From Eledone cirrhosa (taxonomy: Eukaryota): 64,000 nt of DNA. The translations under genes were made by a program, and so were the position numbers. The stretch is taken from the NCBI GenBank assembly GCA_964016885.1, contig OZ024745.1:78430001-78494000 (forward strand), given 5' to 3'. This document shows, piece by piece, positions 12,939 to 25,313 of this stretch. The first letter of the stretch is position 1, and each line of letters starts with the position of its first letter. The notes beneath the pieces are model-generated. The model saw nothing but the letters and a program-made list of their open reading frames with translations, did no database searches and had not been told where the DNA came from.

Positions 12939-13224
12939 GGACCATCACTCGTTGGATCTTAATAAAGTGTTTCATCGATGTCATTTGTCTATAGAAATCT
13001 TCAGAAAGGATATTCTCTAAGCAGAACGATCCCTCGAAGTAGTTACCATCAGCCATATTGTTGATACTTATAATCAACGTATCTACATTTCCTGTATTTT
13101 TTTTTAGTTATTGATCACCGTTAATCTCGCCAACTGAGAGGTTTAACAAAAAACGAAATATTTTCTTTGCTTTATGATAGGATTCGTTCCCGTAAGTTCT
13201 CACACGTTACAACGCTTGTTTTGA

Positions 13225-13415
13225 TAGTGAATTGGCAGTATTGGTAGAGGGTCACACATGCTTTCCAGCGTAGTTATGTCCTTTTACGATCTGAGTTCAA
13301 ATCTCGCCAAGGTTTACTTTGCCTTTCATCCTTACGGGGTCGATAAAATAAAGTACCAGTAATGTACTGCGTAATTGCTAGCCTTGTGCCAAAAGTAGAA
13401 ACAATTATTATTTTA
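13225..13415 (+). mobile_element. tRNA-derived SINE
   Basis: A-box TGGCAGTATTGG, B-box GAGTTCAAATC, Nin-like ctttcatccttacggggtcgataaa, tail gccttgtgccaaaagtagaaacaattatt. Confidence 0.88.
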
Positions 13416-13489
13416 TTATTGTTATTCGTATCGCTTTTGCTCTGGCAGATGTAATACTGCCACTATACCAAAAGAGCGAGCCATAGCCA

Positions 13490-13606
13490 ATAACGAAAGG
13501 CCCTTTGGGTCATTCTTTTTCCTTCACCTTTCCAACACACTCCTTAGAATTCTTGATGTTCCTAGCAAGGCTGTTTTCTGCAAGAATCCCCTCTTGATGG
13601 CAATTC
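13490..13606 (-). mobile_element. 3' end of the R4/Dong-clade LINE split by the LTR element
   Basis: Minus strand GIAIKRGFLQKTALLGTSRILRSVLE; continues the REL domain broken at 19573. Confidence 0.75.
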
Positions 13607-14070
13607 CTAGCGCTCTCTGCACAAGGGACGTAGCTGGAGTTACTTCCCGTTGAAATTCCAGAACCTTCCTTGTAACTTCCGTCCAGGGAACTATAAGGGA
13701 GGGAACTCAAAGCTATCTTTCTCTCTTTTCACCTCTTGGCCGCCTGGCCTCGTAAGGACAGGCATGGCTACGCCAAAGGTATACTCTCTTTCTGGCGGTT
13801 TCTTCTCAAGCTGACAACACCGAGCACAAGCATAATAGCATTCTTCGAATCACACCACATGGTTCTGGACTATACCTCATAATGCTACGTAGTCATTTGT
13901 TTACTACGCTAAGTCCGGTATTGAAAAAAAAAATCACAAAGGATTGACACTCCAAATTCACTATTCTCTTTTTACTTTGCTCCACTTTTCAAATTAAATG
14001 ACACGACGGTTCAGTTATATTCAAATATTGTAAGCGCGTCCATTGAGAATATCGTCTATGACAAACTGCT

Positions 14071-17000
14071 CAGTTGCTCGCATGTGTGCGTGCTGAACTC
14101 TGGGTCTTTCCGCTGGGAACAACCCCTTGTCCGCCCCCCCCCCCTTTTTGTGTACATCCATCCATTCACTCATTCATTTACTGCCATTCTACCTTCCTGT
14201 GTCTCCCTCTCCATGCAGCCTCTTTCGCTCTCGTTTTCTGGCACCTCCATATATATAGGTGAGCTATGCTGCCCACTTACCAGCACTTTCCCTTCCACCC
14301 ACACACACCAGCCACCCACCCTTGATACTGCTCGGTTCCCCAGTCTCCGGCCCCACGCCCCATCCCCCACCCCTCCAAATCGACACCTGCAGCAACTTGC
14401 GGCACCACTAACAAACGGAAAAGGGGCCGGAACTGTTTGGGGTGCGGCTGCTTCCACCACCTCACCTGCGTTGGCTAGACTCGTCGAGCTTCCAATGCCC
14501 TTGCAGCGTGGAGGTGCAGGAGCTGCCTCGTCTTCCCCACGTCTTCCCAGCCACGGCCGTCTGGCACACCACCAGATGGGACAGCGAGCTTGCCTGACGC
14601 CCGAGCCTCGCTGGTCAACATCGCTCGGCTCAGACGGCTCCGGAAGATCCCACTCAGAATCCCGAGAGCGGCACGGGTGCCGGTAGCCGATGCCCTCGCT
14701 TCCTCGATTGAGAGCGCCCTGGACTCCAATCGAGCCAGTAACTGGGAGCGGGGCTGTTCTATTTCGCCCCACTCGCCCTCAGCCTCCCCAACTCTGGTGC
14801 TGACCGGGGCGGCCGGTCAACAGCCGCCTTCAAGGTCAATGTCTCGTCATTTGGACGAACGCCCATTCCAAGCGTGCCCAGGGACGCCACACACCCTACC
14901 CTCAGATACCCCCTATCCTCCACCCCGAGGCCATCGCCAAGCGTTTGCGTGACCAGGTAAACGCAAAGCTTATCATGGGTGATGTCTCGGCCGCAGTCAG
15001 AGTTGTTGCCTCAGAGGACACTGTTCTCCAGCCCACCGAGGAGATCCTGGCTGCTCTGCGGCTCAAACACCCTGAGCCACCCACTGATCTCAGACCCATA
15101 CCTCCACCCGACCCCCACCTGCTCCTTGTGGATACTGATGCAGATATCATGTCCGCCACCAGGTCCTTCCCAGCTAGCAGCTGCGGAGGTGTTGATGGTC
15201 CTCGACCAGGCCACCTCAACGAGTTGACATCCCCCCTCTCCGCTGAGGGCGGGCGCCGCCTTCTGAGTGCAATTGTGGCGCTCACCAATAGGCTCATTCA
15301 TGGTGCCCTCGACCCTTACGCCCGAGGCCTCTTTTTTTCGGCCAGCCTCACCGCTCTCAGGAAGAAAGAGGGTGGCATACGCCCCATTGCTGTGGGCAAT
15401 GTCTTCCGTAGGCTGGCTGCTAAGGTGATCTGCAAGTCCGTCACACACGAACTGGGTGAGGAGTTTAGTCCGGTGCAACTGGGTGTCTGCGTGTCCGGTG
15501 GTTGTGAGGGAGCCTCTCATGCAATCAGTCAGTTCTTCAGCAGCTGCTCATCGGTACCGGCATCCAGGGACTCCAGGCACCTCATTGTCAAGCTTGACAT
15601 GAGGAATGCCTTTAACTCTTTACCTTGGGATCCTCTGCTCGAGGCCTGCCTCAGCCGAGCCCCCTCTGCCTACCCGCTGGCCTACCTGTCATATGGAGCC
15701 CCGTGCATGCTCCTAGCTGCTGATACGGTCATACCCTCGGCTACTAGGGTCCAACAGGGCGACCCTTTGGGGCCCCTCCTGTTCGCTCTTCGTATTGACC
15801 ACATCGCCCGGAGTATCACGGCCCCTCTCAATGTTTGGTATCTGGATGATGCTATGTTGAGCGGGCCCGTACGGGCGGTCTGCCAAGACCTTCAATCGGT
15901 GATTCCTGCCCTGGCGGGAATCGGCCTCCAGGTCTACTCGGCCAAGTCGGAGGTGGTGAACGTCAACCTCGATGCTGCGAGCTTTGCAGCCTCCGTCTTG
16001 GACGTGCGGTCCATTCTCCGCCAGGTTCAGGTGACCCCCAAAGAGGATGTCCTCATCCTCGGGTCACCGATCCACCCGCCGGCCATCCGCTCCACCATCA
16101 GGTCTTTCTGCTGAGGAACTGCTTCGCCATACCGAAGCTCCTCTATACACTCCACAGCGCTCCATGCTACACCCAGACATCTCTCCTCGCTGACCTCGAT
16201 ACTTGTATCCGAGCAGCAGCCGAGGGGATATGCAACGTCAAGTTTGACGACATAGGGTGGCAACAAGCCATTTTACCGGTCAGGTATGGCGGCCTAGGCC
16301 TCCGGTCCCCGATCTCACTAGCTTTGCCGGCGTATGTTTCGTCGTTAACCTCGTGCCGCGTCCTCGTCAGCAGGGTTCTTCAAAACACAACAGAACCCTC
16401 TGTGTTAAGAGAACGTGAGGCCGCCTTTGAGACGTGGGACCGGCTGGGACTTAGCCCAGTAGACGTCACTCCTCCGTCTTCCCCTGTTGACGTCAAGTCC
16501 CCCCCCCCCCCAACGCACTTGGGATGCCATCCAATGCAGCCTGGCCTCAGACAGGCTCACGCGCCAGCTCGACCAGCACCGCCTTGCTTGTTTTCGTGCG
16601 GCCTCCAAACCCCACAGTGGTGCCTGGCTCCATGCTCTGCCCTCCTTCTCCACTGGCACGCAGCTAGACAACCATAGCCTGCGAATCGGCGTTTCCCTGA
16701 GGCTCGGCCTCCGGATCTGTGAGCCACACCAATGTCGCTGCGGTTCTACCGTGGACTCTTTCGGCCACCACCCGCTTTCCTGGTGGGGCTGGATCGAGGG
16801 GACGGCAAAAGGCCAGATGGCATGACCATCTTCCCGTTCCGCGGTGGCAAACCCCTCGTCTGGGATGCCTCGTCTGGGATGACACTTTCTGCAGCCGCAA
16901 CCTGGTGCAGTCTGCGACTGACCCAGGTTCTGCTGCACGTCGGGCTGAGGGGGCCAAACTTCTCAAATACCGGTCGCTCTCCGACAGGTTTGCGGTCGTT

Positions 17001-17309
17001 CCCCTGGCAGTGGAAACTTCTGGTGTCCTCGGCCCCAGGGCTACCTCCTTACTCACCACCATAAGCGCTGAGCTGGCCAGCTGCAGGTGTGAGCCCCGCG
17101 AGTTGGAGTGGCTTTTCCAGTGCGTCGCCCTTGCCGTCCTCCGGGGAAACGCCTTCTCCATTCTGTCCGCCGGGGCTGTGGGTGGGCCCCATCGCGTACC
17201 AATACATTAGTTAAATACCATTCTTTCATCGTTATAACTTATATCCACATTAATGACGTATTACCTTTGTTGTCTAATGAAGTATATTTCGAATGAAAAA
17301 AAAAAAAAA
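14071..17309 (+). mobile_element. CRE-clade non-LTR retrotransposon (RT + restriction-like endonuclease), decayed, poly(A) tail
   Basis: ORF 14945-16114: GGVDGPRPGHL, GGIRPIAVGNVFRRL, KLDMRNAFNSL, QQGDPLGPLLF, WYLDD; downstream SGAWLHALPS, CRCG..GHHPLS, KRPDGMTIFPF..GKPLVWD, VPLAVETSGVLG; A-run at 17296-17309. The 5' boundary is approximate. Confidence 0.9.
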
Positions 17310-17499
17310 TCAAGTTACTTTTGATATTCGGTTGAGAAATTGTTACGCTTTAACCATTACCTTTTGTAGTGAGAGGTGACTCACGCGAGACACGAATTTG
17401 TAGGAAGATATCCTATCCTTTTTTCTTTCTTAAATTTAGTGGTTAGATTCCGGTGGTGCTCACTGGAGTGAGTAACCCTGGGTCCAGCACAACTAAAAG

Positions 17500-17532
17500 T
17501 GGTGACCTGCCGACGTGATACGAACACACAAC
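17500..17532 (+). other. primer-binding site complementary to the 3' end of tRNA-Trp
   Basis: TGGTGACC(TG)CCGACGTGATACGAACACACAAC versus the eukaryotic tRNA-Trp complement TGGTGACCCCGACGTGATTTGAACACGCAAC, directly after the 5' LTR. Confidence 0.8.
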
Positions 17533-18634
17533 ATGGAAAAAACACAAACAAACTCTTTTTTCGTTGCAGCAAACTCATCAACAATTTGCAACCCGAAAGA
17601 ACAAAAAATAAGGAACATGCAGACATACACAGACACCGAACACGTGTTCAACTTTCCGTTGGGGCACACTTTCTTCCACCTAACGTGGAATTCGGACACA
17701 AAATTTCTCCGGCATTCTAGGACACAAAATTTTCTCCGATGAAAAAAAAAAATTCGGACACAAAAAATTTCTCCGGTATTCAAGGATACTTCTCCAACGA
17801 ACAATAACATTTTTCTACACCTCACGTGTTGTATCACCTAAATGTGTCTCACCTTTTTCTCGCTTACTCGTTCAACCAAGTTTTTCCTTTTTTTCTTCAT
17901 CACATTCACAGTGAGAATCATGATGGCCGACAGCTGCCTTCTTCTTTCATTTTCGGCAGCCATCTTGTCTTTCTCGTAATTTTCCAGCGAAAAAAGAAAT
18001 TTTTTCAAATTCAATTACCTTGTTCCAGCACGTGTGTAGTGCACAAATCTCGACTTAAAGGGATACACACGCTTTGCTATTTCTTTTCAAGAACTTCATC
18101 AGCCCAAGCTATTTTTTATATTTGCCGGTAAAACATTTGCGACACTACAATGTCGTAAATTGGCGTTAGTTACTGTGCATTTATCCTGCATGCTCGTTTC
18201 AATGGTCGCAACATCAACCGCAACTTCATCTGGACTTAAACAGATCAACTTCAACCGCAACACTGACCATCAATTTTGGCTGTTATTTCTGACACTTTGC
18301 GCAACATTTTTCTGGGCTTTTCTAACTGTGAATGAGTTATTTCCCTTGAAACAACTTCAAAAGAGCTATGCGAGACAATTTCATCTTTGCTTTTCTCTCA
18401 CCAACTTCGAACAAGCAGAACAACAAACAGAACTGAGAATCCTTCTTGCAGTCATCTTCCTGTGCGAAATTTCCACCATTCTCTTCGAAGGTCGGGAATT
18501 TCACGTTTGTCCATAGTACAGAAACAACTTGCTCTCAAATTCTTTTTGGACATAAACTTTTTCCTAGTTTCCCTGCTGCAATTGTACAACATTCCTGTGA
18601 ACACTGTTTGAACTTTATTATTTTTCAATAATAA

Positions 18635-18890
18635 AGGGCGGTAGATTGGCAGTATCGGTAGAGGGTCGGACGCCATGCTTTCCAGCATAGTTACGTCCCT
18701 TTACGATCTGAGTTCAAATCCCGCCGAGGTTGACTTTGCCTTTCATCCTTACGGGGTCGATAAAATAAAGTACCAGTAATGCACTGGGTAATTGCTGGCC
18801 TTGTGCCTAAAGTAGAAACAATTATTTTTCAATAATAAAGTACCAGTAATGTACTGGATAATTGCTAGCCTTGTGCCAAAAGTAGAAACA
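18635..18890 (+). mobile_element. full-length tRNA-derived SINE followed by a second SINE 3' tail
   Basis: gggcggtagattggcagtatcgg...gagttcaaatccc...agtagaaaca; target motif attatttttcaataat appears three times. Confidence 0.9.
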
Positions 18891-19572
18891 ATTATTTTTC
18901 AATAATTTGTTCCTATCACATTTTTGCATGCTTATTTTGTATCATACTCCTTGTGCTATTTGCTTACTCATGTTTTTATTCGTTCATTTCTTGTACATTT
19001 TGCTTTGCTCATCATCTTTTACGGGTTCTCGCTACAATGATCTTCGATTGGTTATTCGACTTCTCGTCTGAGAGGGGAGTCTTGTAGCGCTCTCTGGACA
19101 AGGGAAGTAGCTGGAGTTACTTCCCGTTGAAATTCCAGAACCTTCCTTGTAACTTCCGTCCAGGGAACTATAAGGGAGGGAGCTCAAAGCTATCTTTCTC
19201 TCTTTTCACCTCTTGGCCGCCTGGCCAAAGGTTTACTCTCTTTCTGGAGGTTTCTTCTCAAGCTGACAACACCGAGCACAAGCATGATAACATTATTCGA
19301 ATTACACCTCATGATTCTGGACAATACCTCATAATGCTACGTAGTCATTTGTTTACTACGCTTTGTAATATGGACTACAAATAAATCAAGTTACTTTTGA
19401 TATTCCGTTGAGAAATTGTTACGCTTTAATCATTACCTTTTGTAGTGAGAGATGACTCACATGAGACACGAATTTGTAGGAAGATCTATCCTTTTTTCTT
19501 TCTTAAATTTAGTGGTTAGATTCCGGTGGTGCTCACTGGAGTGAGTAACCCTGGGTCTAGCACCACTAAACA

Positions 19573-20612
19573 TTCAATCTTTTACTAACTGCTCCCTGAG
19601 GGCCAACCACAATCGGTACCAATTCTAGTTTCCTGATTTCTCTCTTCAGTTCCTGGTAGTTCTCAACTGTCTCACTTTCCTTCTCATTCACCCTGTGGTC
19701 CCACTCTGAAAGTGGAATCATGCACAATACAAACAGCAAAAGCAAAAGACTGTCCCTGAAATATTCCTCTCTTGATCTTCACAACTCCCAATGCCTGTTT
19801 ACATGATGTCAGCTCAGTCTTCCAACCACCCATATTGCTCACCAAAAACTGTTTATCGTTAGCTGCAATACCAAACATTTGAAAACATTCAACAATCCAA
19901 TTATGTGGTACCATGTCATAAGCCTTGCGGGAATTAATCCAGGCCATGGCAAGACTTGTGTGTCACCTTTTACAATCTTTAGTGATCGCTTTATCAATCA
20001 ACAATTGATGCGTAGTCTCCCTGCTTCTTCTCCTACATACCTTCTGCTCTGCGGGTAGTGTCTCCTCCAGGTATTCATACATTGCCTCAGCTATGGCACC
20101 TGTCATAAGTTTCCACATAAGGAGGGATGCAATAGATAGGTTTAAAATTGTCAACTGCATTTCCATTAATGGGGTCCGTCAAACATAAGATCGTTTTCAC
20201 AAAGGTTAGCCATCCTGGCAACCTCTCTTCTTCATTCAAGATCTTATTCAGTGATTCAACATTTCTCCGATGAAGGGCCTTCAGTATTTTCAAAAGTACC
20301 AGTAATGCATTGGGTAATTGCTGGCCTTGTGCCTAAAGTAGAAACAATTATTAAAGGGCGGTGGATTGGCAGTATCGGTAGAGGGTCGGACGCCATGCTT
20401 TCCAGCATAGTTACATCCCTTTACGATCTGAGTTCAAATCCCGCCGAGGTTGACTTTGCCTTTCATCCTTACGGAGTCGATAAAATAAAGTACCAGTAAT
20501 GCACTGGGTAATTGCTGGCCTTGTGCCTAAAGTAGAAACAAGTATTTTCAACCAGAACCCTTGCACACCGGCTCTGCCATGAGCTTTTCAATTTGGTATC
20601 TTTCTAACCTGG
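19573..20612 (-). mobile_element. decayed R4/Dong-clade LINE (RT + REL fragments, internal deletion)
   Basis: KIPN*KAHGRAGVQGFWLK, LPAEQK, QLLIDK, KAYDMVPHNWI, RGIFQG, ENYQELKREIRK..VPIVVG. Confidence 0.85.
20294..20540 (+). mobile_element. SINE 3' tail plus full SINE, bounded by an 11-bp TSD agtattttcaa
   Basis: TSD at 20283-20293 and 20541-20551; inserted in the R4-like element. Confidence 0.88.
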
Positions 20613-20619
20613 ATAGTTA

Positions 20620-20750
20620 CGAGAACAAGAGGGATACGTTAGACAATTTCAGGCCCATGGCTCTATTAAACACAGAATTTATGATTTGGCCAAGGTGTTA
20701 ACGAAAAGGTTGGCGCTTGTCGTCGAGGGTCAGATGAGGGAGACGCAAAA
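20620..20750 (+). mobile_element. L1/Tx1-like RT fragment
   Basis: DNFRPMALLNTEF..AKVLTKRLALVVEG..ETQ. Confidence 0.6.
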
Positions 20751-20899
20751 TTGGTCAGGGTCTGGGATGGAACTTCTAATCCAAACCAACCAAGCTCAAG
20801 CTTAAGTATCAAGCGATGGCATTACTCGAAATCGAGTGTATGACTTTAACGTAATCCTCAGACAGAATCGGTTTACCATCACTGGTCATTTGATTTTCG

Positions 20900-21075
20900 G
20901 TTACAATCTATTTAACAGACTTTTACAAAGTTTCTGTCTACAGAATTTCATCACATAATTTTGCTTGCAAGGCTTGGGTTGATCCAAGTCCACTTGCTGA
21001 AGATGTCACGTAGTAGGATTGAACACGGAACCTCATCAATGTGAGGCGAACGTCTTAACTATTTGGCTATGTCTT
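20900..21075 (-). mobile_element. old tRNA-derived SINE of a second family (CORE-like)
   Basis: Minus strand tagccaaatagttaag...gtgttcaatcc...catcttcagcaagtg. Confidence 0.55.
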
Positions 21076-21205
21076 TGCGAACCATGCATACACCCTAACA
21101 CAAACAAACTCTCTCTCTCTCTCTCACTCACTCACTCACTCACTCTCTCTCTCTCTTTCTTTCTTTTTCTCTCTCTCTCTGTATATATATATATATATAT
21201 ATATA

Positions 21206-21297
21206 TCGTTTCTGAATTTGTTTAGCAAGATTCTTTATCTGAAATCGTGTGTTGAAACCGATATTGTTATACTTTGTATACTAAGTATAACAATATA
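21206..21297 (-). mobile_element. isolated Penelope 3'-terminal fragment with terminal fold-back, in (TA)n
   Basis: Reverse complement of 11541-11611; hairpin atattgttatactt...aagtataacaatat. Confidence 0.8.
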
Positions 21298-21392
21298 TAT
21301 ATATATATATATTTTCACTTCCTCTGTATCTATATTTCTATCTTTTCATCTATCACTCACTCGTACACAAACTGCACTCTTTCTAAACGCTC

Positions 21393-21550
<158 letters not shown>

Positions 21551-21978
21551 ATGTATGCATACCAGTATATATCTGTTCCACATAAACACATCATGACCTC
21601 CAGTTTATAACAATAAGACGTCAAATCATAACAGAAATGTCAGTTTTTCAGTTGGATCCATGAGAAAATTATTGTCATAACGTTTGTTTATAATCTGTAA
21701 TCGTTCTTCCCGGAATGTCAAGAATTCTGGGCGGTCTTTAAGAATTTGTGTGTGGGGCTTTGTGAAAATACCTCAACTTGTAGCTCTTTTCAACTCTGAC
21801 ACTTAAATTTACCAAATCCTACTTACGAACATACAAACAAGACGAGCTTAAAAGGAAAGAGGGTAGGGAGTTTCTACGTGGCCATTCGATATGCTAGGAA
21901 AAGCAAACAAATATTTCTCGAACCCTATGCTACTGTCTGAAAAAAGGAGAGGACACGATGGATAATGTGTTCAGATGG

Positions 21979-22115
21979 AGTTACGGCCCTTGCCATTCTG
22001 AGTTCAAATCCCGCCGAGGTTAACTTTGCCTTTTATCCTTACGGGGTCGATAAAATAAAGTACCAGTAATGCACTGGGTAATTGCTGGCCTTGTGCCAAA
22101 AGTAGAAACAATTAT
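21979..22115 (+). mobile_element. 5'-truncated SINE (subfamily shared with 56937-57125)
   Basis: agttacggcccttgccattctgagttcaaatcccgccgaggttaac...agtagaaacaattatt. Confidence 0.85.
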
Positions 22116-22611
22116 TTTTTAATAAAAGATGGCTAAATAGTTGTTGATGCTGGTGGTGGTGCTACTGCCGCTGTAGCTGTTGCAGTTGTAATTATTGTTG
22201 TTGTTGCTCTTGTGGTTATTTTTACTGTTTTTACTGAGGGCATTTAGAGCATGTCAATTTTCTCTCAAAATTTGTTCTTATATATATTTTTTTGTGTGAA
22301 GGTAGCGTGATGAGGGTGGAGGTGCGGTTCAACAGGTCAATTTTCAATTTTCTACTAAATCAATTGAATGCTGATCTGTTGAGCCTCTCTTCCATCCTTA
22401 CTATCCCACATTCATAAAGAAAATATATACATAAGAGATTTTGAGAGAAAATGTTCATACTTCCCCCAGAATATGAAAACAAACTATTTTAATATTTGTT
22501 AAGATTGACATACCAATCGAAACCATTTAATGTAACAATTATAAAAATATTTATTCTGTCGGATTAAAGAAAAAAAATTATAATTGTTACATTAAATAAA
22601 TTTAAGTTTTA

Positions 22612-23420
22612 TCAAAGACATTGTTCTAATTACAGAGGGATCTCCTTGTTAAGCCTCCTCAGTAAAGTCTATTCTAAGTGTCTGACAAAGAGATACAGAG
22701 AGATAGTCGAGTCTAAGCTAGTTGATGAACAGTGCGGTTTTCGCCCAGAACGCAGCACAGCCAACCAAATATTCACACTGCGGAGGTCTTCGAAAAATCG
22801 TTGGATAATTGCCAAGAAGTATATTCTTGCTTTGTAGACCTCGAAAAGGCATATGAATATGTTCCTCGGGACCTGCTGTGGAAGGTTCTGCAGGAGTATG
22901 GGGCCGATAGTGAGCTTCTTTTTGTCCTGATGTCTCTATACGAATGCCCTAGTATTTGTGTGCGGATAAACGGTGCTAAATAGAAACCATTCAATATGGG
23001 AGTTGGACTACGCGAAGGGTGCGTACTGTCATCTCTCCTGTTCATTATTTTCATGACCAGGATTGATATGTGCAGCTGGGTTGAAAGTGGTATCACGATT
23101 GGCAGGCGTAAAATCAGTCGGTTAGAATTTGCAGACGACATGGTGTTACTTAACTCGACAGAAGATGATTTTCGACTTGCACTTGATAGATTTGATGCCA
23201 AGTGCTGCATGACTGGGATTAAAATCAGTGCTGCGAAAAGTGAGACATTTGTCCTCACAAGAAAGCCTGCGCAGTGCACACTACATGAAGCACAACATGA
23301 AGCACTACATGAAGCACTACATGAAGCACTACATGAAGCACTACATGAAGCAGGTGGAGAAGTTCAAATATCTCTGGGGTGTGTTCATGAGTGATGGAAG
23401 GTAGGAGGCTGAATTAAGTA
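22612..23420 (+). mobile_element. decayed RTE-clade RT fragment with an internal 12-bp tandem (23279-23352)
   Basis: [50 protein letters not shown]; ctacatgaagca repeats. Confidence 0.82.
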
Positions 23421-23550
23421 CAAGAAGAAGAAGAAGAAGAAGAAGAAGAATTTTAAAATATAACCCTGTACTTTTACCACTTTTAATTATTACCTCCAAT
23501 CTCCGATTTGTATGGAAATTTAGCCCTATTTTCAACTACCCCCCTCCCCC

Positions 23551-23601
<51 letters not shown>

Positions 23602-23631
23602 CATACATACATACATACATACATACATACA

Positions 23632-23662
<31 letters not shown>

Positions 23663-24337
23663 TCCTTTGTGTTGTGTGAATAAGCACAAATTAGCTTCTA
23701 AGAAAGATAGATGCAATTACAGCCGGATTTTCAATATAAACAATACATTTGTATTCAACAGTATATGATGGAAAAGTAAACAAATCAACGGGTAAACATT
23801 TACACCAGAATGGGTTTAAGAATGTTCTCTCTTACATTAGGAAGAAATGTTTATCAATTACAAGATGAGATATCTTGCTATGTTAGATATCAGTAATAGT
23901 AACCTATATCTGAACCCTAAAGTGGTGAGTGAGTGAAAACCTACGGAGACAATCTAGAATGGTGTCGGTGTAACTGTCCTACATTTGTAATTAATTTGAG
24001 AGAAGATATTTGTGAACATTTCCAGACGTGTATACATGCGTAAATCCATACATATATGTATGGATTCATGTATATATGTTCATGTATGTGTGGATGGCAT
24101 CAGTATCATTGATCAGACTCACTCCAGATATGTTCACCCTGCTTTTAAGGGTATAAGTAGAATCACATTATTTCGTGGCTCTTTAAGAAAAGAGAATGTA
24201 TTTCGGTCCTTATTTCTAATAAGTTCAGCGGCAATGTAGAGGCTCACCTTCAAATGAAAACATAATGTATTAATTCGAATAAATTCAAGATTTCTCGCAT
24301 CTACGTTATCAGTCGATCTACTAGGAACAGCAGCCAA

Positions 24338-24370
<33 letters not shown>

Positions 24371-24442
24371 CAAACATACATACATACATACATACATACA
24401 TACATACATACATACATACATACATACATACATACATACATA

Positions 24443-25052
24443 CATGGTGGCTGCCAACTCGTTTTCGAGTACGGCCACTACTTTACATCCATGTAGGAGA
24501 ACCCCTACCGATGCGCTGAACAAGTGTTACTTTTTAGTCCAGCCAGCGACTTGAAAACTCTGGTACAAACACTACACTTGTGACAATTATTGACACATAG
24601 TGCAGGGCCCATGGTACCATGTGACGACAAGTGCAGAGAGATCTCCAGATATAAAGAAATGCATGTGCTGTGAAGCTTTTATAGTGAGCAAAAGCACTGC
24701 ACAAAGCCAGTCCCACTCTCTTAACCAAGATGATATTTACCAAAAAGAAGAACAAGTCAACATCATTAGATACCATCAGGGTTGCAGGTGTTATATCAGA
24801 GTTTTCCTTCTCCTAGAATTCTGCCTTGACAAAGGCTAAGGGGTCATCTCTCCCGGTGATTTTGGATGGCCATTGACGCTTAAGAGCTCCTTTGCCCTTT
24901 GACAGGTTTTGTTTTTAGTCCTGCAGGATGTCCAAAGTAACCCTCCTCATCAAGAAACGTTGGTGGGGTTGCCAGTTTAGTCGCCAACGACCCGACCATG
25001 AGACAGGTTGTACTGGGATACATGTTACCAGTAACACCAACTGGTGACCTGA
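24443..25052 (-). mobile_element. non-autonomous RTE-derived element (RTE 5'-UTR motifs + RTE 3' tail + (TATG)n)
   Basis: 5' part homologous to 55930-56065; RTE-type motif ctaggagaaggaaaactctga; 3' tggccgtactcgaaaacgagttggcagccaccatg matches the RTE tail at 25081-25115; further copies at 30591-31003 and 57583-57993. Confidence 0.78.
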
Positions 25053-25080
25053 CATACATACATACATACATATATACATA

Positions 25081-25147
25081 CATGATGGCTGCCCCCTCGT
25101 TATCGAGTATGGCCATTGCACAATAAAAAAAAAAAAAAAAAAAAAAA

Positions 25148-25196
<49 letters not shown>

Positions 25197-25275
25197 GCAA
25201 TAATAATAATAACGACAACAACAATAATAATATACATATCCACATACACACACACACACACGCACGCACATAAGC

Positions 25276-25313
<38 letters not shown>

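Larger units (their letters stand above)
13608..19572 (+). mobile_element. non-autonomous/decayed LTR retrotransposon; 5' LTR (13608-13910 + 17307-17497) interrupted by a CRE insertion, 3' LTR 19083-19572
   Basis: Direct repeats of ~490 bp; 3' LTR starts TG and ends CA; PBS at 17500; purine tract GAGAGGGGAG at 19070-19079; no recognisable gag/pol ORF in the interior. Confidence 0.8.

Noticed and set aside
14084-15520. Overlapping 120-200 aa ORFs on both strands
   Set aside because: Shadow frames of the GC-rich CRE element.
17826-18631. ORFs inside the LTR element as gag/pol/env
   Set aside because: No recognisable gag, protease, RT or integrase motifs.
18635-18730. tRNA gene (A and B boxes)
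   Set aside because: No cloverleaf; it is the head of a multi-copy SINE.
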